Of a stretch of 64,000 bases of DNA, positions 46,973-57,084 are shown piece after piece. The notes under the pieces were generated by a model. The model was given only the letters and a program-made list of their open reading frames with translations, ran no database searches and was not told the DNA's origin. This stretch comes from Clostridiales bacterium GWF2_38_85. GTDB lineage: Bacteria; Bacillota; Clostridia; Oscillospirales; CAG-382. A program made the translations under genes and the position numbers. The stretch covers positions 36,361 through 100,360 of the forward strand of contig MGOY01000036.1 of the NCBI GenBank assembly GCA_001797275.1, written 5' to 3'. Each line of letters opens with the position of its first letter. Position 1 is the first letter of the stretch.

Positions 46973-49900
46973 ATGATTTATAATATATTCGGAAGAAGCG
47001 GCAGCGGTAAAACCGAATACATATTACAAGAACTGAAGCGTTATTCTGACCGTCAATGTATAATAATCGTACCCGAACAGCAGGCACTCGTTACAGAGCG
47101 TCTGCTTTCATTGCGTCTTGGTGACAATTATAATATGTTCTGCGAAATTTTAAACTTTGAACGGCTTTCTGACCGCGTTTTCAGGGAATACGGTGGTGTG
47201 GCAAGAAAATACATCGACGAAGGCGGTCGGGATATATTAATGTCGGTTGCGCTTGAACGCCTGTCTGGAAAGCTTAAGCAGTATAACAACACCGGTTGTG
47301 GCGCAGATTACATCAGAAAAATGCTGTCTGCGATCAATAGCTTCAAGCAAAGCTCTATTACGCCCGCAATACTATTAAAGCTTGCCGAAAGCCCTGAAAT
47401 AATACAAAGAGAACCTATGCTGTCGGATAAATTATCTGATTTATCAATCATAATGGCATATTACCAGAGTCTTTTCACCGATTGTCATGATCCTAAGGAT
47501 CGCCCCGAACATTTGATTGATATACTTAGAACATATCACTTTTTTGAAAACAAAACTGTTTTTATCGACGGATATTATACATATACCGCCCAGGAATATG
47601 AGCTTCTCGAAATTATATTCAAGCAATGCGATAATGCATACATTACCTTCTGCTGTCCTCTTAATAACAGTGATCCTTCGTTTGGTGAAATCAAGACTGC
47701 ATATGTAAAGGTCAGATGTGCCGAGGATATGAGCAAGCATGAAATCAAGCAGAAAGAACTGACAACCAACCATAGGACAGGTTCGGCGGAGCTGCAGCAT
47801 CTTGAAGTGAACATATGGAACACCTCCGCAAAACCGGTTCCTGCTGTTCCGAATGACATACATATATACGAATGCAGCAATATGTTTGAGGAAGCGGAAG
47901 CTGCTGCTTCTGAAATTTGCACCCTGGTCAGGGAAAAGGGTTACAGATACCGTGATATAGGTATTGCTGTAAGAAGCAGCGACAATTACGGTGGTGTCAT
48001 TGATGCGGTTTTCGAAAAATATAAAATCCCCACCTTTATGTCAATCAAAGAAGATATCACAATAAAACCGCTTATATCGCTGATTTTTTCGGCTGTCGAA
48101 GCTGTTGTAACCGACTTCTCGCCACAGAGTGTCAAGAGATACATAAAGTCTTCATTTTCAAGGTTGACACGCGAAGAAAGCGACTTTTTATCAGCTTACA
48201 TCGATATGTGGAAAATCCGGGGCAAGTCGAGATATACCGGTATTGACTGGCAGATGAACCCTGATGGTTACCGTGAGCAATTATCAAAATACAGTGAACA
48301 TATCCTTGTTGTCGTCACAGAAGCAAAAGATAAGCTGAATGACACATTAATAAAATTTGCTGAAGAAATAAGTGGAAGGAATATAACAGCCGCTGAATGT
48401 GCATCTGCAATTTATTCGCTGCTCACAGATATTGATGCAAACAAAAAGATTGTAAAAGACATTGAAGAAGCAAAAAACGACGGTGATGAAGAACATGCGC
48501 TTGAACTCAAGCAATTATGGGACATCATTGTTGCGGTGCTTGATCAACTGTATCTTGTAGGCGGGAATGAGATTGTCACATCAAAAAGGTTGCTTGAGCT
48601 TTTGAAAATTATTACTGCCGAATACGAAATCGGAAAACTGCCGACTTCGGTTGATGAGGTCATTGTTGCTGATGCAAGACTTGCACGTTTTGATAACATT
48701 AAAGCACTTATTATACTCGGAGTAAACGAGGGTGTGTTCCCTGCTGCTGAAAGAAACGGTGAATTATTCAATGAGTCCGAACAGCGGATACTTGAAAAGG
48801 TCGGCTTTGAAAGCATTAAATCAATTGAGAGACGGCTTACCGATGAACAATTCCTGTTCTACATAACAATATCTGCACCCTCCGAGAGGTTGTCTTTGTA
48901 CTATTCAGCCGCTTCAAGCAGCGGTAGTTCACTTCGTGCCTCTGTTGCGATAAACAGGGTAATCGCACTGTTTCCCGAACTCAAGGTTATAGTTCCGGCA
49001 AAAGACAGGAGCTACTTTATCCAGACGGTTGAAACAGCATTTGACTATTTTATTTACCTTCCCGAACCCATCAAATTACGGATACTTCTTGAATCAGGTT
49101 ACACCTTCAGCCCGTTGACTGTGCTGTCAGCAACCGTTGACGGCACACTGTTATCAAAAATCAGGTTGTCACCCTCAAGCCTTGAGCGATATAGCCTGTG
49201 CCCTTTCTCATTCTTCACAAAATATGTGCTTAAATTACGCGCTGAAAAAGCAGCAGCTTTTGAAGCCGGTGAAGTAGGTACATTCATACATAAGCTGCTT
49301 GAGATGTATCTTAAAAATCATCAAAGCGACATCGCAAGGGTTGACAGAACAAAAATTAATGACGAGCTTCAATTGATTTCTGCTGATTTTATTAACCTTA
49401 TTTCAAATAATAATAAGGACATACAAACCGACCGCTTGAGCTTCACCATAAGCAGGCTTACAAACCTCGTTAAAATTTTCATAGAAAATATCAGTGACGA
49501 GTTCGCTCAGAGTAGATTCTCACCGCTTGGCTTTGAGATGCATTTGGGTAGCGAACATACGCCATCTGGAGAAATGCTGCTTGATGACGGGCGTATATTA
49601 AATATCAACGGAGTTATCGACAGAGTTGACTACTACGAAAAAGATGATAAAACCTACATACGCATTGTTGACTACAAGAGCGGGTATTTAACCTATTCAC
49701 CTGTTGCTCCGGTGTATGGACTGTCGCTTCAGATGTTTTTGTATCTTTTCTCATGGTGCAAGAAGAATGAGAGCAACTTCGTCCCCGCCGGTGTTTTATA
49801 CATGCCTGTCAAACCTCCTGTTTTCAAAAGTGCGGAATCTGACATCAAACATATAATTCCCCGTTCCGGACTTGTTTTGCAGGATTATGATATCATTGAA

Positions 49901-50257
49901 GCAATGGAGAGCGAACCTTCGAAAAAATTTATTCCTGTTTCCTATAATACCAAGTTGAATGCTGACGGCACCCCCGTTATAAGCAAAAACTCATCGGTCG
50001 CGACCGACAATGAGTTTGACCATATACACCGCTTCATCAGATCAAGGCTTACCGAATTTTCTTGTGAAATCGAAAAAGGCAATATCGAGGTCAACCCGTT
50101 AGTCATTGATGCTCTCGGCAAGGATGCCTGCAAAGGCTGCGAGTTTCTGCCTGTCTGCCGCAACAGCCGCAATAGGAAACGCAGACTTGAAAAGTTGTCT
50201 AAAGAAGAAGCTTGTGAGATATTATATGGTAAATCAGACGGAGGGGAGAAAAAATAA
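46973..50257 (+). CDS. addB: helicase-exonuclease AddAB, subunit AddB
   Basis: MIYNIFGRSGSGKT Walker A at the true start (GGAAGG RBS). C-terminal RecB-type nuclease with Fe-S Cys (CPFSFF...CKGCEFLPVC). The track start at 46730 overlaps spoIIR and I reject it. Confidence 0.9.
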   Translation: MIYNIFGRSGSGKTEYILQELKRYSDRQCIIIVPEQQALVTERLLSLRLGDNYNMFCEILNFERLSDRVFREYGGVARKYIDEGGRDILMSVALERLSGKLKQYNNTGCGADYIRKMLSAINSFKQSSITPAILLKLAESPEIIQREPMLSDKLSDLSIIMAYYQSLFTDCHDPKDRPEHLIDILRTYHFFENKTVFIDGYYTYTAQEYELLEIIFKQCDNAYITFCCPLNNSDPSFGEIKTAYVKVRCAEDMSKHEIKQKELTTNHRTGSAELQHLEVNIWNTSAKPVPAVPNDIHIYECSNMFEEAEAAASEICTLVREKGYRYRDIGIAVRSSDNYGGVIDAVFEKYKIPTFMSIKEDITIKPLISLIFSAVEAVVTDFSPQSVKRYIKSSFSRLTREESDFLSAYIDMWKIRGKSRYTGIDWQMNPDGYREQLSKYSEHILVVVTEAKDKLNDTLIKFAEEISGRNITAAECASAIYSLLTDIDANKKIVKDIEEAKNDGDEEHALELKQLWDIIVAVLDQLYLVGGNEIVTSKRLLELLKIITAEYEIGKLPTSVDEVIVADARLARFDNIKALIILGVNEGVFPAAERNGELFNESEQRILEKVGFESIKSIERRLTDEQFLFYITISAPSERLSLYYSAASSSGSSLRASVAINRVIALFPELKVIVPAKDRSYFIQTVETAFDYFIYLPEPIKLRILLESGYTFSPLTVLSATVDGTLLSKIRLSPSSLERYSLCPFSFFTKYVLKLRAEKAAAFEAGEVGTFIHKLLEMYLKNHQSDIARVDRTKINDELQLISADFINLISNNNKDIQTDRLSFTISRLTNLVKIFIENISDEFAQSRFSPLGFEMHLGSEHTPSGEMLLDDGRILNINGVIDRVDYYEKDDKTYIRIVDYKSGYLTYSPVAPVYGLSLQMFLYLFSWCKKNESNFVPAGVLYMPVKPPVFKSAESDIKHIIPRSGLVLQDYDIIEAMESEPSKKFIPVSYNTKLNADGTPVISKNSSVATDNEFDHIHRFIRSRLTEFSCEIEKGNIEVNPLVIDALGKDACKGCEFLPVCRNSRNRKRRLEKLSKEEACEILYGKSDGGEKK

Positions 50258-53200
50258 TGCCGAACTGGACAGAGCTGCAAAATGCAGCAATAACAGATAA
50301 AAACCGTTCGCTTGTTGTTTCTGCCGGTGCCGGTAGCGGCAAGACCTCAGTCCTCACCGAACGCATACTTCAAAAGCTGCTTTCCGGTAGCGATATTGAC
50401 GAATTCCTTGTTGTTACCTTCACAAATGCGGCTGCAGCAGACTTGAAAACAAAGCTTTATAAAAATATAAACGAAGCTCTGTTAAAGCAACCTGACAGCA
50501 GACATCTATATAATCAACTGTTTAAAATCGACAGTGCTTTTGTTTCAACCATACACGCTTTCTGTTTTGATCTGATCCGTCAAAATTTCCAGTCGTTGAA
50601 CCTGTCACCAAAGCTGCGTATTACCGACCAAGCTGAATCTGATATGCTGCTCACCAGATGCATCAACGATCTGTTCGACACCAAATACAGTTCGAAGGAC
50701 AGCGGTTTTCTGATGCTTGTTAAGCAGCTTACAGATCAAAAGGGCGACAAAAAGCTCATCGATGCAGCCATAAATATATACAAAAAAGTACGTTCGTATC
50801 CCTATCCACAAAAGTGGTTCCAAAATTGTATCGAACAATTGAAATACGAGTTAGAAAAAACAAAAAACGACTTTTTCGCAACGTCGTTCGGTGATAAATT
50901 GAAGGAATATACCGTTGAACGGATAGCTTCTGCGTTTGCTCTGCTTGATGATATAGAAATATATAAATCATCACTGACTGATAAACAGGCTGATGTTATC
51001 AATGCGGTATATAACAGCCTGGTTGGTATAAAATCAGTCTCAGCATATGGATATACTGAGTTGCGAAACGCAATATCTGATTACAATGTTCCTTCATTCC
51101 GTAAATCAAAGACACCGACTAATGAAGAAATAATAGTTTCGGAATTAAAATCACAAATAACCGATATAATCAAGACGCTTCGTGATGAATATTTCTGTGA
51201 CAGCATGAAAGATATTTATGCTGATATTGCTGTTGCTGTCAGGATTACAGAAGCACTGTCAAAGCTGATTTCCGAGCTTGATGAAAGCTACTTTGAGATA
51301 AAGCGTGAGCGCGGAGTTCTTGACTTCTCAGACCTTGAGCATCTGTCGCTGCAGCTGCTGACAGACGAAAACGGCAATCGTTCAATATTATGTGAAAAGG
51401 TTTCAGAACAGTTCGCAGAGATTTACATAGACGAATATCAGGATACGAACCCTCTCCAGGATATGATTTTCTCACTGATTGCAAAAGATAACAATAAATT
51501 CATTGTCGGTGATGTAAAGCAAAGCCTTTACCGCTTCCGTAATGCTGAACCTGAAATATTCAACGACTATATAGACGACACCCCTGACTTTAATATGCCA
51601 GGTAAAAAAGCGAGGGTGTTCCTGTCCGACAACTTCAGATGTGACAAGCCCATAATCGACTTCACTAATGCCGTGTTTTCTACTTTATACAATAAAACCT
51701 ACGGTTCATATAGCGAAAACGAAAAACTGATTTACGGCAAACATATTACCGCCGAAGTCCTGCCTGTCACTGTTACAACAATCGCAGGTGACAGCGATAC
51801 CGAAGCTGAATACTTTGCAAAAGAGATTGTAAACATAAAAAAAACGATGTTAAAAGAAAACAGCGAGCCAATAAAATATTCTGATATTGCAATCTTACTC
51901 AGAACTCCTAAAAACAACGCCGATACCTTCATCAAAGCTCTGCAGAAATATAATATACCCACATACAGCGAACAAAACGGCTCATTCCTTGATGCGCCCG
52001 AAATATTGCTTGCGGTATCTCTACTCAAGGTCGTCGACAATCCAAGGAATGATATTGCGCTTACTGCACTGCTCAGAAGTCCGGTATTTGCATTCAACGA
52101 AACCGAACTTGCAAAAATCAGACTGTCTGCCTTCGATGCTACGATGTTTGATTCTGTTGTAAACTGTGCAAGGAGATATAAAGCTCAGCCTAAGAGTAAA
52201 CGATATCGTTGCTACCATATGATAAGAAATGTAAGAACAAATAAAAAGATAAAAAAATCACTTCCGACAATCTCACGTGAGCTTGGCAAAAAAGCCGATG
52301 ATTTTCTGAAAACATTGAAAACCTGGCAGACGAAAAACGAAGGTTACCCGTCGCATAAATTCATATGGTACATTTATCGTACAACCGGCCTGTATTCGCT
52401 TGCATCAGCCGAGCTGAACGGTGAAGCGGTCAAGAAGAACCTGCTTTTACTTTATGAGCATTCGAGAGTGTTTGAGCAAACCTCGTTCAGAGGGCTCAGC
52501 AGCTTTATCTCATACCTTGATGAGATATACGACAAGGATAAACCACTGCCGGAAGCACCTGCATTGTCAGAGAACAACAACTGTGTACGTATTATGAGCA
52601 TACACAAATCCAAAGGTCTTGAGTTTGAAGTTTGCTTTCTAGCAAACACAGACAAGAAAATACTACAGGCCGATAAATCGCCTTATGTTATCCGCCGTGA
52701 TACAGGAGTGCTTTTCAAAAAACGTTTTATCCGAAACCTTTATATCCGCAATTCACTATTGACAAAAATAATGCTTCTCAGCGAAAACAAAGATAATATG
52801 GCTGAAAGTTTGCGCGCATTGTATGTTGCATTTACAAGAGCAAGACGAAAGCTCTATGTTACCGGGATTGAGAAGGATAAGGACGAAAACAAGCGGGATT
52901 CATATTTGGACTGTATCCGATACACCCTGAAAAAGCGTGATCTTTCGGATATAGTCGAGGAAATGGTTTATGCAAGCACTGATGAATCTGACTTCACAGA
53001 AAGAGCGGTTGTTAATACATCGGTATTCAACAATGAAAATGAACTTGAGAAAAGATTGAACTTCAAATACCCCTACCCTGCCGCAACAGTTGCAAAGTTA
53101 GCTGTTTCCGAACTTGAGCAGGATGAAACCGAAAACAGCTTCAGAATATCCGCAAAGCACACCTCTGCACTTTCACAGCCTATTTTTATTTCGCAAAAAA

Positions 53201-53709
53201 CAAGCAGCACCGACATCGGTACTGCTATGCATACTTTTATACAATTCGCAAATTTTGAAAATGCTGAAACTGCTGGAACAAGTAATGAAGCTGAAATTCT
53301 ACTGAAAAAAGAGATGCTGACCAGCGAACAGGTTGAGATGCTCAACCATACAAAACTGACTGCATTCTTTGAATCCGATCTTTATTACGAAATAAAATCA
53401 GCAAATAAAGTCTGGCGTGAAAAACGGTTCAGCATCATGGAGGACAGTCTCTTATTCGGTCAGTCTTCCGGTGAAAAAATCATGGTACAGGGTGTAATCG
53501 ATATGTTCTTTGAAACTGATGACAGGATTACAATTGTTGACTTCAAAACTGACCGAATTACCGAAAATGCAATTCCCGACTTTATTAAAAGGCATACTGC
53601 ACAGCTTAAATATTACTGTCTTGCAATTGAAAAAATGACGTTAAAAAAAGTAACACGTGCGATTCTATATTCCTTCGAGCTTGGAAGAGCAGTTTTGGTT
53701 GATATTTAA
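50257..53709 (+). CDS. addA: helicase-exonuclease AddAB, subunit AddA
   Basis: UvrD/Rep helicase motifs (SAGAGSGKTSVLTER, DEYQDTN, VGDVKQSLYRFR) and a C-terminal PD-(D/E)XK nuclease (GVIDMFF..DFKTD). Confidence 0.92.
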   Translation: MPNWTELQNAAITDKNRSLVVSAGAGSGKTSVLTERILQKLLSGSDIDEFLVVTFTNAAAADLKTKLYKNINEALLKQPDSRHLYNQLFKIDSAFVSTIHAFCFDLIRQNFQSLNLSPKLRITDQAESDMLLTRCINDLFDTKYSSKDSGFLMLVKQLTDQKGDKKLIDAAINIYKKVRSYPYPQKWFQNCIEQLKYELEKTKNDFFATSFGDKLKEYTVERIASAFALLDDIEIYKSSLTDKQADVINAVYNSLVGIKSVSAYGYTELRNAISDYNVPSFRKSKTPTNEEIIVSELKSQITDIIKTLRDEYFCDSMKDIYADIAVAVRITEALSKLISELDESYFEIKRERGVLDFSDLEHLSLQLLTDENGNRSILCEKVSEQFAEIYIDEYQDTNPLQDMIFSLIAKDNNKFIVGDVKQSLYRFRNAEPEIFNDYIDDTPDFNMPGKKARVFLSDNFRCDKPIIDFTNAVFSTLYNKTYGSYSENEKLIYGKHITAEVLPVTVTTIAGDSDTEAEYFAKEIVNIKKTMLKENSEPIKYSDIAILLRTPKNNADTFIKALQKYNIPTYSEQNGSFLDAPEILLAVSLLKVVDNPRNDIALTALLRSPVFAFNETELAKIRLSAFDATMFDSVVNCARRYKAQPKSKRYRCYHMIRNVRTNKKIKKSLPTISRELGKKADDFLKTLKTWQTKNEGYPSHKFIWYIYRTTGLYSLASAELNGEAVKKNLLLLYEHSRVFEQTSFRGLSSFISYLDEIYDKDKPLPEAPALSENNNCVRIMSIHKSKGLEFEVCFLANTDKKILQADKSPYVIRRDTGVLFKKRFIRNLYIRNSLLTKIMLLSENKDNMAESLRALYVAFTRARRKLYVTGIEKDKDENKRDSYLDCIRYTLKKRDLSDIVEEMVYASTDESDFTERAVVNTSVFNNENELEKRLNFKYPYPAATVAKLAVSELEQDETENSFRISAKHTSALSQPIFISQKTSSTDIGTAMHTFIQFANFENAETAGTSNEAEILLKKEMLTSEQVEMLNHTKLTAFFESDLYYEIKSANKVWREKRFSIMEDSLLFGQSSGEKIMVQGVIDMFFETDDRITIVDFKTDRITENAIPDFIKRHTAQLKYYCLAIEKMTLKKVTRAILYSFELGRAVLVDI

Positions 53710-53769
53710 TTTTTTATGAGACGCAACATTCTATTAATCTTATTTATGTTTTTTTATTATATAAAATTC

Positions 53770-53875
53770 TATATAAAACTAATAAATGAATTACCTTAGC
53801 AATTTGAAAAATGCCTATGCTTTTTGGATTTTTTCAAATTAAAAAAATCACAATTCATTTGTTAGTTTAATATAG
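53770..53875. repeat. 106-bp palindromic repeat element, copy 3 of 3
   Basis: Only 6 mismatches to 21915-22020 over 106 bp, with the same nested inverted repeats. Confidence 0.85.
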
Positions 53876-53996
53876 TATATATCTGCTTTTATAAAACAAT
53901 TATCTTATCTTTATATATATATTTATATGTAAAACTAATTTAAAAACAATGTTAGTATATAATTGTATAAATAAATACTTTAAAAGGGTGGTTTTG

Positions 53997-55481
53997 GTGA
54001 AAAAGTTATATTTGTTATTGGTAATCATAATTATTCTGTCTCTTGCATCCTGCAACGGCGGAAACAATAATTCAACCACATCCGAATCCGAGAGTTCGGG
54101 TATCAACAGTACTGCATCAGAAGAAGAATCACTTTTTGTAAATCTCCCCGAATACAATGGCAACGGTGAAGAATTCTGGTTCCTTGTCGGTGGCAAAGAA
54201 TACGGTGAGAGATACAAATCAATCGAAATCGCAGCTGACGAAAATACAACAGAACTTATTAATGATGCGGTTCTCAACAGAAACAATCTCGTTGAAGAGA
54301 AGCTGGATATCAAAATCTGTACATATGCAACTGCCTCGGGCGAGAGTATTGCAGCAAAAATCAGAAATCTGATTCAAAGCAATGATGATACATATGATGT
54401 AGTAATGCCTATGATGACAGATGCTGCGACTCTTGCAGTTTCGGGTTCATTTTATGCCCTGAACGATATCGAAACACTTGACCTGACTGCAAAATGGTGG
54501 GACGAGAAAACGGTTGAAGAGCTGACACTCGCAAATAATCTATATTTCACCACAGGATATATGAGTATTCTTGATAACGACAACACCCAGTGTCTTATAT
54601 TCAATAAAACACTTCTCCAGGAAAACGGACTTGAAAGTCCCTACCAGCTTGTCAATGATGGTGAATGGACAATCGACAGACTTCAGGAAATGGCTGCAAC
54701 AGTCACAAAAGACACCAATGGTGACTCTTTGTACAACAGCGATGACATCTGGGGAATTTACATCAACACTTTTGCACCGCAGTTCTTTTATATTGCATCC
54801 GGAGAAAGATTCATTATTAAGGATTTAAATGATCTTCCGCAGATAGCTGTAAATACAACAAGAGCTTATTCTGTTGTCGATAGACTTGCAGAGCTTATGG
54901 GAGATACAACAGCATGTTATCAGATTGAAAACATACCTGCTGCAGAATATCAGGGCAAAGGCTTCTCGGATTATTATTACCTTGCAACCGATGCCATCGG
55001 CACAAACCGTTGTCTGTTCAGGACAATGTGTCTTGTTGACATACGCGAGCTTGCCGACTACAACTGCAGCTATGGTATAATACCGCTGCCAAAATTCGAT
55101 AAAAATCAGGATGAATATTATTCAATCGTTGATGTAACTCTTGCTCCCGGTATATGCATACCTACAACAAATCAAAATCCTGAGCTAGCCGGAATTGTTC
55201 TCTCCGCAATGGGTGAAGCATCGGAAAAAACCTTGAATTACGCATATTATGATGTCATGTTAAAGCAACGTAAGGTCGAAGATACTGAAAGCAGAGATAT
55301 GCTCGATATCATATTCAACAACCGTGTATATGATCTTTCAATCGCATTCAACTGGGGCGGATTAAGTTCAATCATTGATGTATCAGTTAAAGACGGTCAA
55401 AATACCTTCCAGTCTACCCTTGATGCAAATTTAGATAAAATTCAAACAGCCATCGACAGTACAATTAACAGTTTGAAATAA
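53997..55481 (+). CDS. extracellular solute-binding lipoprotein (large sugar-ABC SBP type), orphan
   Basis: GTG start after an AAGGGTGG RBS. Lipobox LSLASC, an S/N/E-rich linker, and a ~450-aa SBP-like body. There are no adjacent permease or ATPase genes. Confidence 0.7.
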   Translation: MKKLYLLLVIIIILSLASCNGGNNNSTTSESESSGINSTASEEESLFVNLPEYNGNGEEFWFLVGGKEYGERYKSIEIAADENTTELINDAVLNRNNLVEEKLDIKICTYATASGESIAAKIRNLIQSNDDTYDVVMPMMTDAATLAVSGSFYALNDIETLDLTAKWWDEKTVEELTLANNLYFTTGYMSILDNDNTQCLIFNKTLLQENGLESPYQLVNDGEWTIDRLQEMAATVTKDTNGDSLYNSDDIWGIYINTFAPQFFYIASGERFIIKDLNDLPQIAVNTTRAYSVVDRLAELMGDTTACYQIENIPAAEYQGKGFSDYYYLATDAIGTNRCLFRTMCLVDIRELADYNCSYGIIPLPKFDKNQDEYYSIVDVTLAPGICIPTTNQNPELAGIVLSAMGEASEKTLNYAYYDVMLKQRKVEDTESRDMLDIIFNNRVYDLSIAFNWGGLSSIIDVSVKDGQNTFQSTLDANLDKIQTAIDSTINSLK

Positions 55482-55494
55482 TCATTTTATAACG

Positions 55495-55526
55495 AAAAAA
55501 AGCTGTCCGCGACAGCTCTTTTTTTA
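55495..55526 (+). terminator. Rho-independent terminator
   Basis: AAAAAAGCTGTC-CGC-GACAGCTCTTTTTTT. Confidence 0.8.
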
Positions 55527-55599
55527 TGCTTAAAACATCAAGTTTTTGTTTGCTTTTTATGTTATTATATATTTACAGTAATATTACGAGGTTTGATAA

Positions 55600-56427
55600 A
55601 TGAAGAATTTCTACATTCTGACCGATGCAATCAACTTCATCGAAGACAATCTTTGCGAAGCTGTTTCCGGAGACAGCGTTGCAGATTTTTGTTATGTCTC
55701 ACTGTCCTCACTTCAAAAGCTGTTCCGATATGCGCTGCATTGCAGCATTATGGAATACATATCAAAGCGAAGGCTGAGCAAGGCTGCCGAAGAGCTGTTG
55801 AAAACCAATTCGAAAATAACCGAAGTCGCATTCAGGTATCAATACAATTCACCCGAGGTATTTTGCCGCTCATTCAAAGGATTCTGGGGCATAGCTCCGT
55901 CTGCATACAGACGAAAACGCCATTTTTCAAACCTGTTCCCGAAAATAAATTTTACTTATCAGAAAGGTGATGATTTAACTATGTCAAGAAAAAAGGTTGA
56001 TATATCAGAAAGCTACGAGGTGCTGCGAAATCTCGGCGGCACTTATGTTATCTGCTTCGATATTATCGGGCTTACGGCAATCAACGCTATTTCAAATGAT
56101 GCAGGTGATCTCGCAATTGCAGAAATTGTACGCAGAATTGATAATGTTGCAAGCGATAATATGCTGATGCTGCGGATTGGCGGAGATGAGTTTGCGCTGG
56201 TGACAGAATTATCAGATTCAACGGAAGCAGAAAAGGTCGCTTCTGAGGTATTACAGCAAAACGGCAATCCCATTGAATATAAAGAACAGAGGCTTCCGCT
56301 CAGCGTGCGTGCCGGTGCAACAATGATTCCTACTCAAACACTGCGTTACAGCGAACTTTTTATGGATATGCACAACGCAATCATAGAATGCAGAAATGCT
56401 GGTTTAGAGTTCAAGGTTATAGAATAA
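55600..56427 (+). CDS. AraC-type HTH domain fused to a GGDEF (diguanylate cyclase) domain
   Basis: The N-terminal ~105 aa form a double AraC HTH (..SLSSLQKLFRY.., ..ITEVAFRYQYNSPEVFCRSFKGFWGIAPSAYRR). The C-terminus is YVICFDIIGLTAIN..RIGGDEFALV.. with an intact GGDEF. Confidence 0.8.
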   Translation: MKNFYILTDAINFIEDNLCEAVSGDSVADFCYVSLSSLQKLFRYALHCSIMEYISKRRLSKAAEELLKTNSKITEVAFRYQYNSPEVFCRSFKGFWGIAPSAYRRKRHFSNLFPKINFTYQKGDDLTMSRKKVDISESYEVLRNLGGTYVICFDIIGLTAINAISNDAGDLAIAEIVRRIDNVASDNMLMLRIGGDEFALVTELSDSTEAEKVASEVLQQNGNPIEYKEQRLPLSVRAGATMIPTQTLRYSELFMDMHNAIIECRNAGLEFKVIE

Positions 56428-56452
56428 CTCATCCCGTCAGTCTTTTACTCTG

Positions 56453-56512
56453 TATGCGCCCGCAATCATCGAATGTCGTAACGCAGGATTAGAATTCAAG
56501 GTTATAGAATAA
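56453..56512 (+). repeat. degenerate second copy of the last ~55 nt of the preceding gene
   Basis: 56462-56512 encodes AIIECRNAGLEFKVIE-stop, identical to 56377-56427. The two copies differ at 8 nucleotides, all synonymous. Confidence 0.85.
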
Positions 56513-56524
56513 TCAAAATAGTAA

Positions 56525-56555
56525 AGAAGCTAACCTCTGACAATGGTTAGCTTCT
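56525..56555. terminator. bidirectional terminator hairpin
   Basis: AGAAGCTAACC / GGTTAGCTTCT stem between convergent genes. Confidence 0.65.
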
Positions 56556-56559
56556 GATT

Positions 56560-57063
56560 TTATGTCTCAAAGAAGAATATATCACCGAGTGTTCCATCTT
56601 CATACTCTGTGTTGGGATAACTTTTTACCAGCTTAAAATTACCTTTTGTATACTCACTTACAACCTTATCCCAAAAATATACCGATGCAATGTTTTTGGG
56701 ATGTCGTTTCAGCTGCCATTTTCCCTTGAACATATCAAACATCACAAATGCTGCATATTTGCCGACACCGTATCTGCGGTATTTATGCATCACAAAGAAC
56801 TCTGACATCGAATAATCGGTTGGCTCATTAGCTTCAGGATAGTCATTAACCATAACAAACCCTGCAAGTTTACCATCAACCTTAATAAAAAATGCCCAGC
56901 GATTTTCCTCTGCCCAGTAATAATCAAGATATTTATATCCATATAACCCTATGTTATTTACATCTCTCAGGTCATACTGTGAGAATTCATAATCATATTT
57001 TTCGAGCAGGTTTCTGAGTATTTCCTTTTCTTCAATTCTTGCCGGAATGATTTCTATTTTCAT
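56560..57063 (-). CDS. GNAT-family acetyltransferase
   Basis: ..FFVMHKYRRYGVGKYAAF.. acetyl-CoA-binding motif, 167 aa. Confidence 0.75.
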   Translation of the reverse strand: MKIEIIPARIEEKEILRNLLEKYDYEFSQYDLRDVNNIGLYGYKYLDYYWAEENRWAFFIKVDGKLAGFVMVNDYPEANEPTDYSMSEFFVMHKYRRYGVGKYAAFVMFDMFKGKWQLKRHPKNIASVYFWDKVVSEYTKGNFKLVKSYPNTEYEDGTLGDIFFFET

Positions 57064-57084
57064 ATTTAATCACCAACTTTATAT

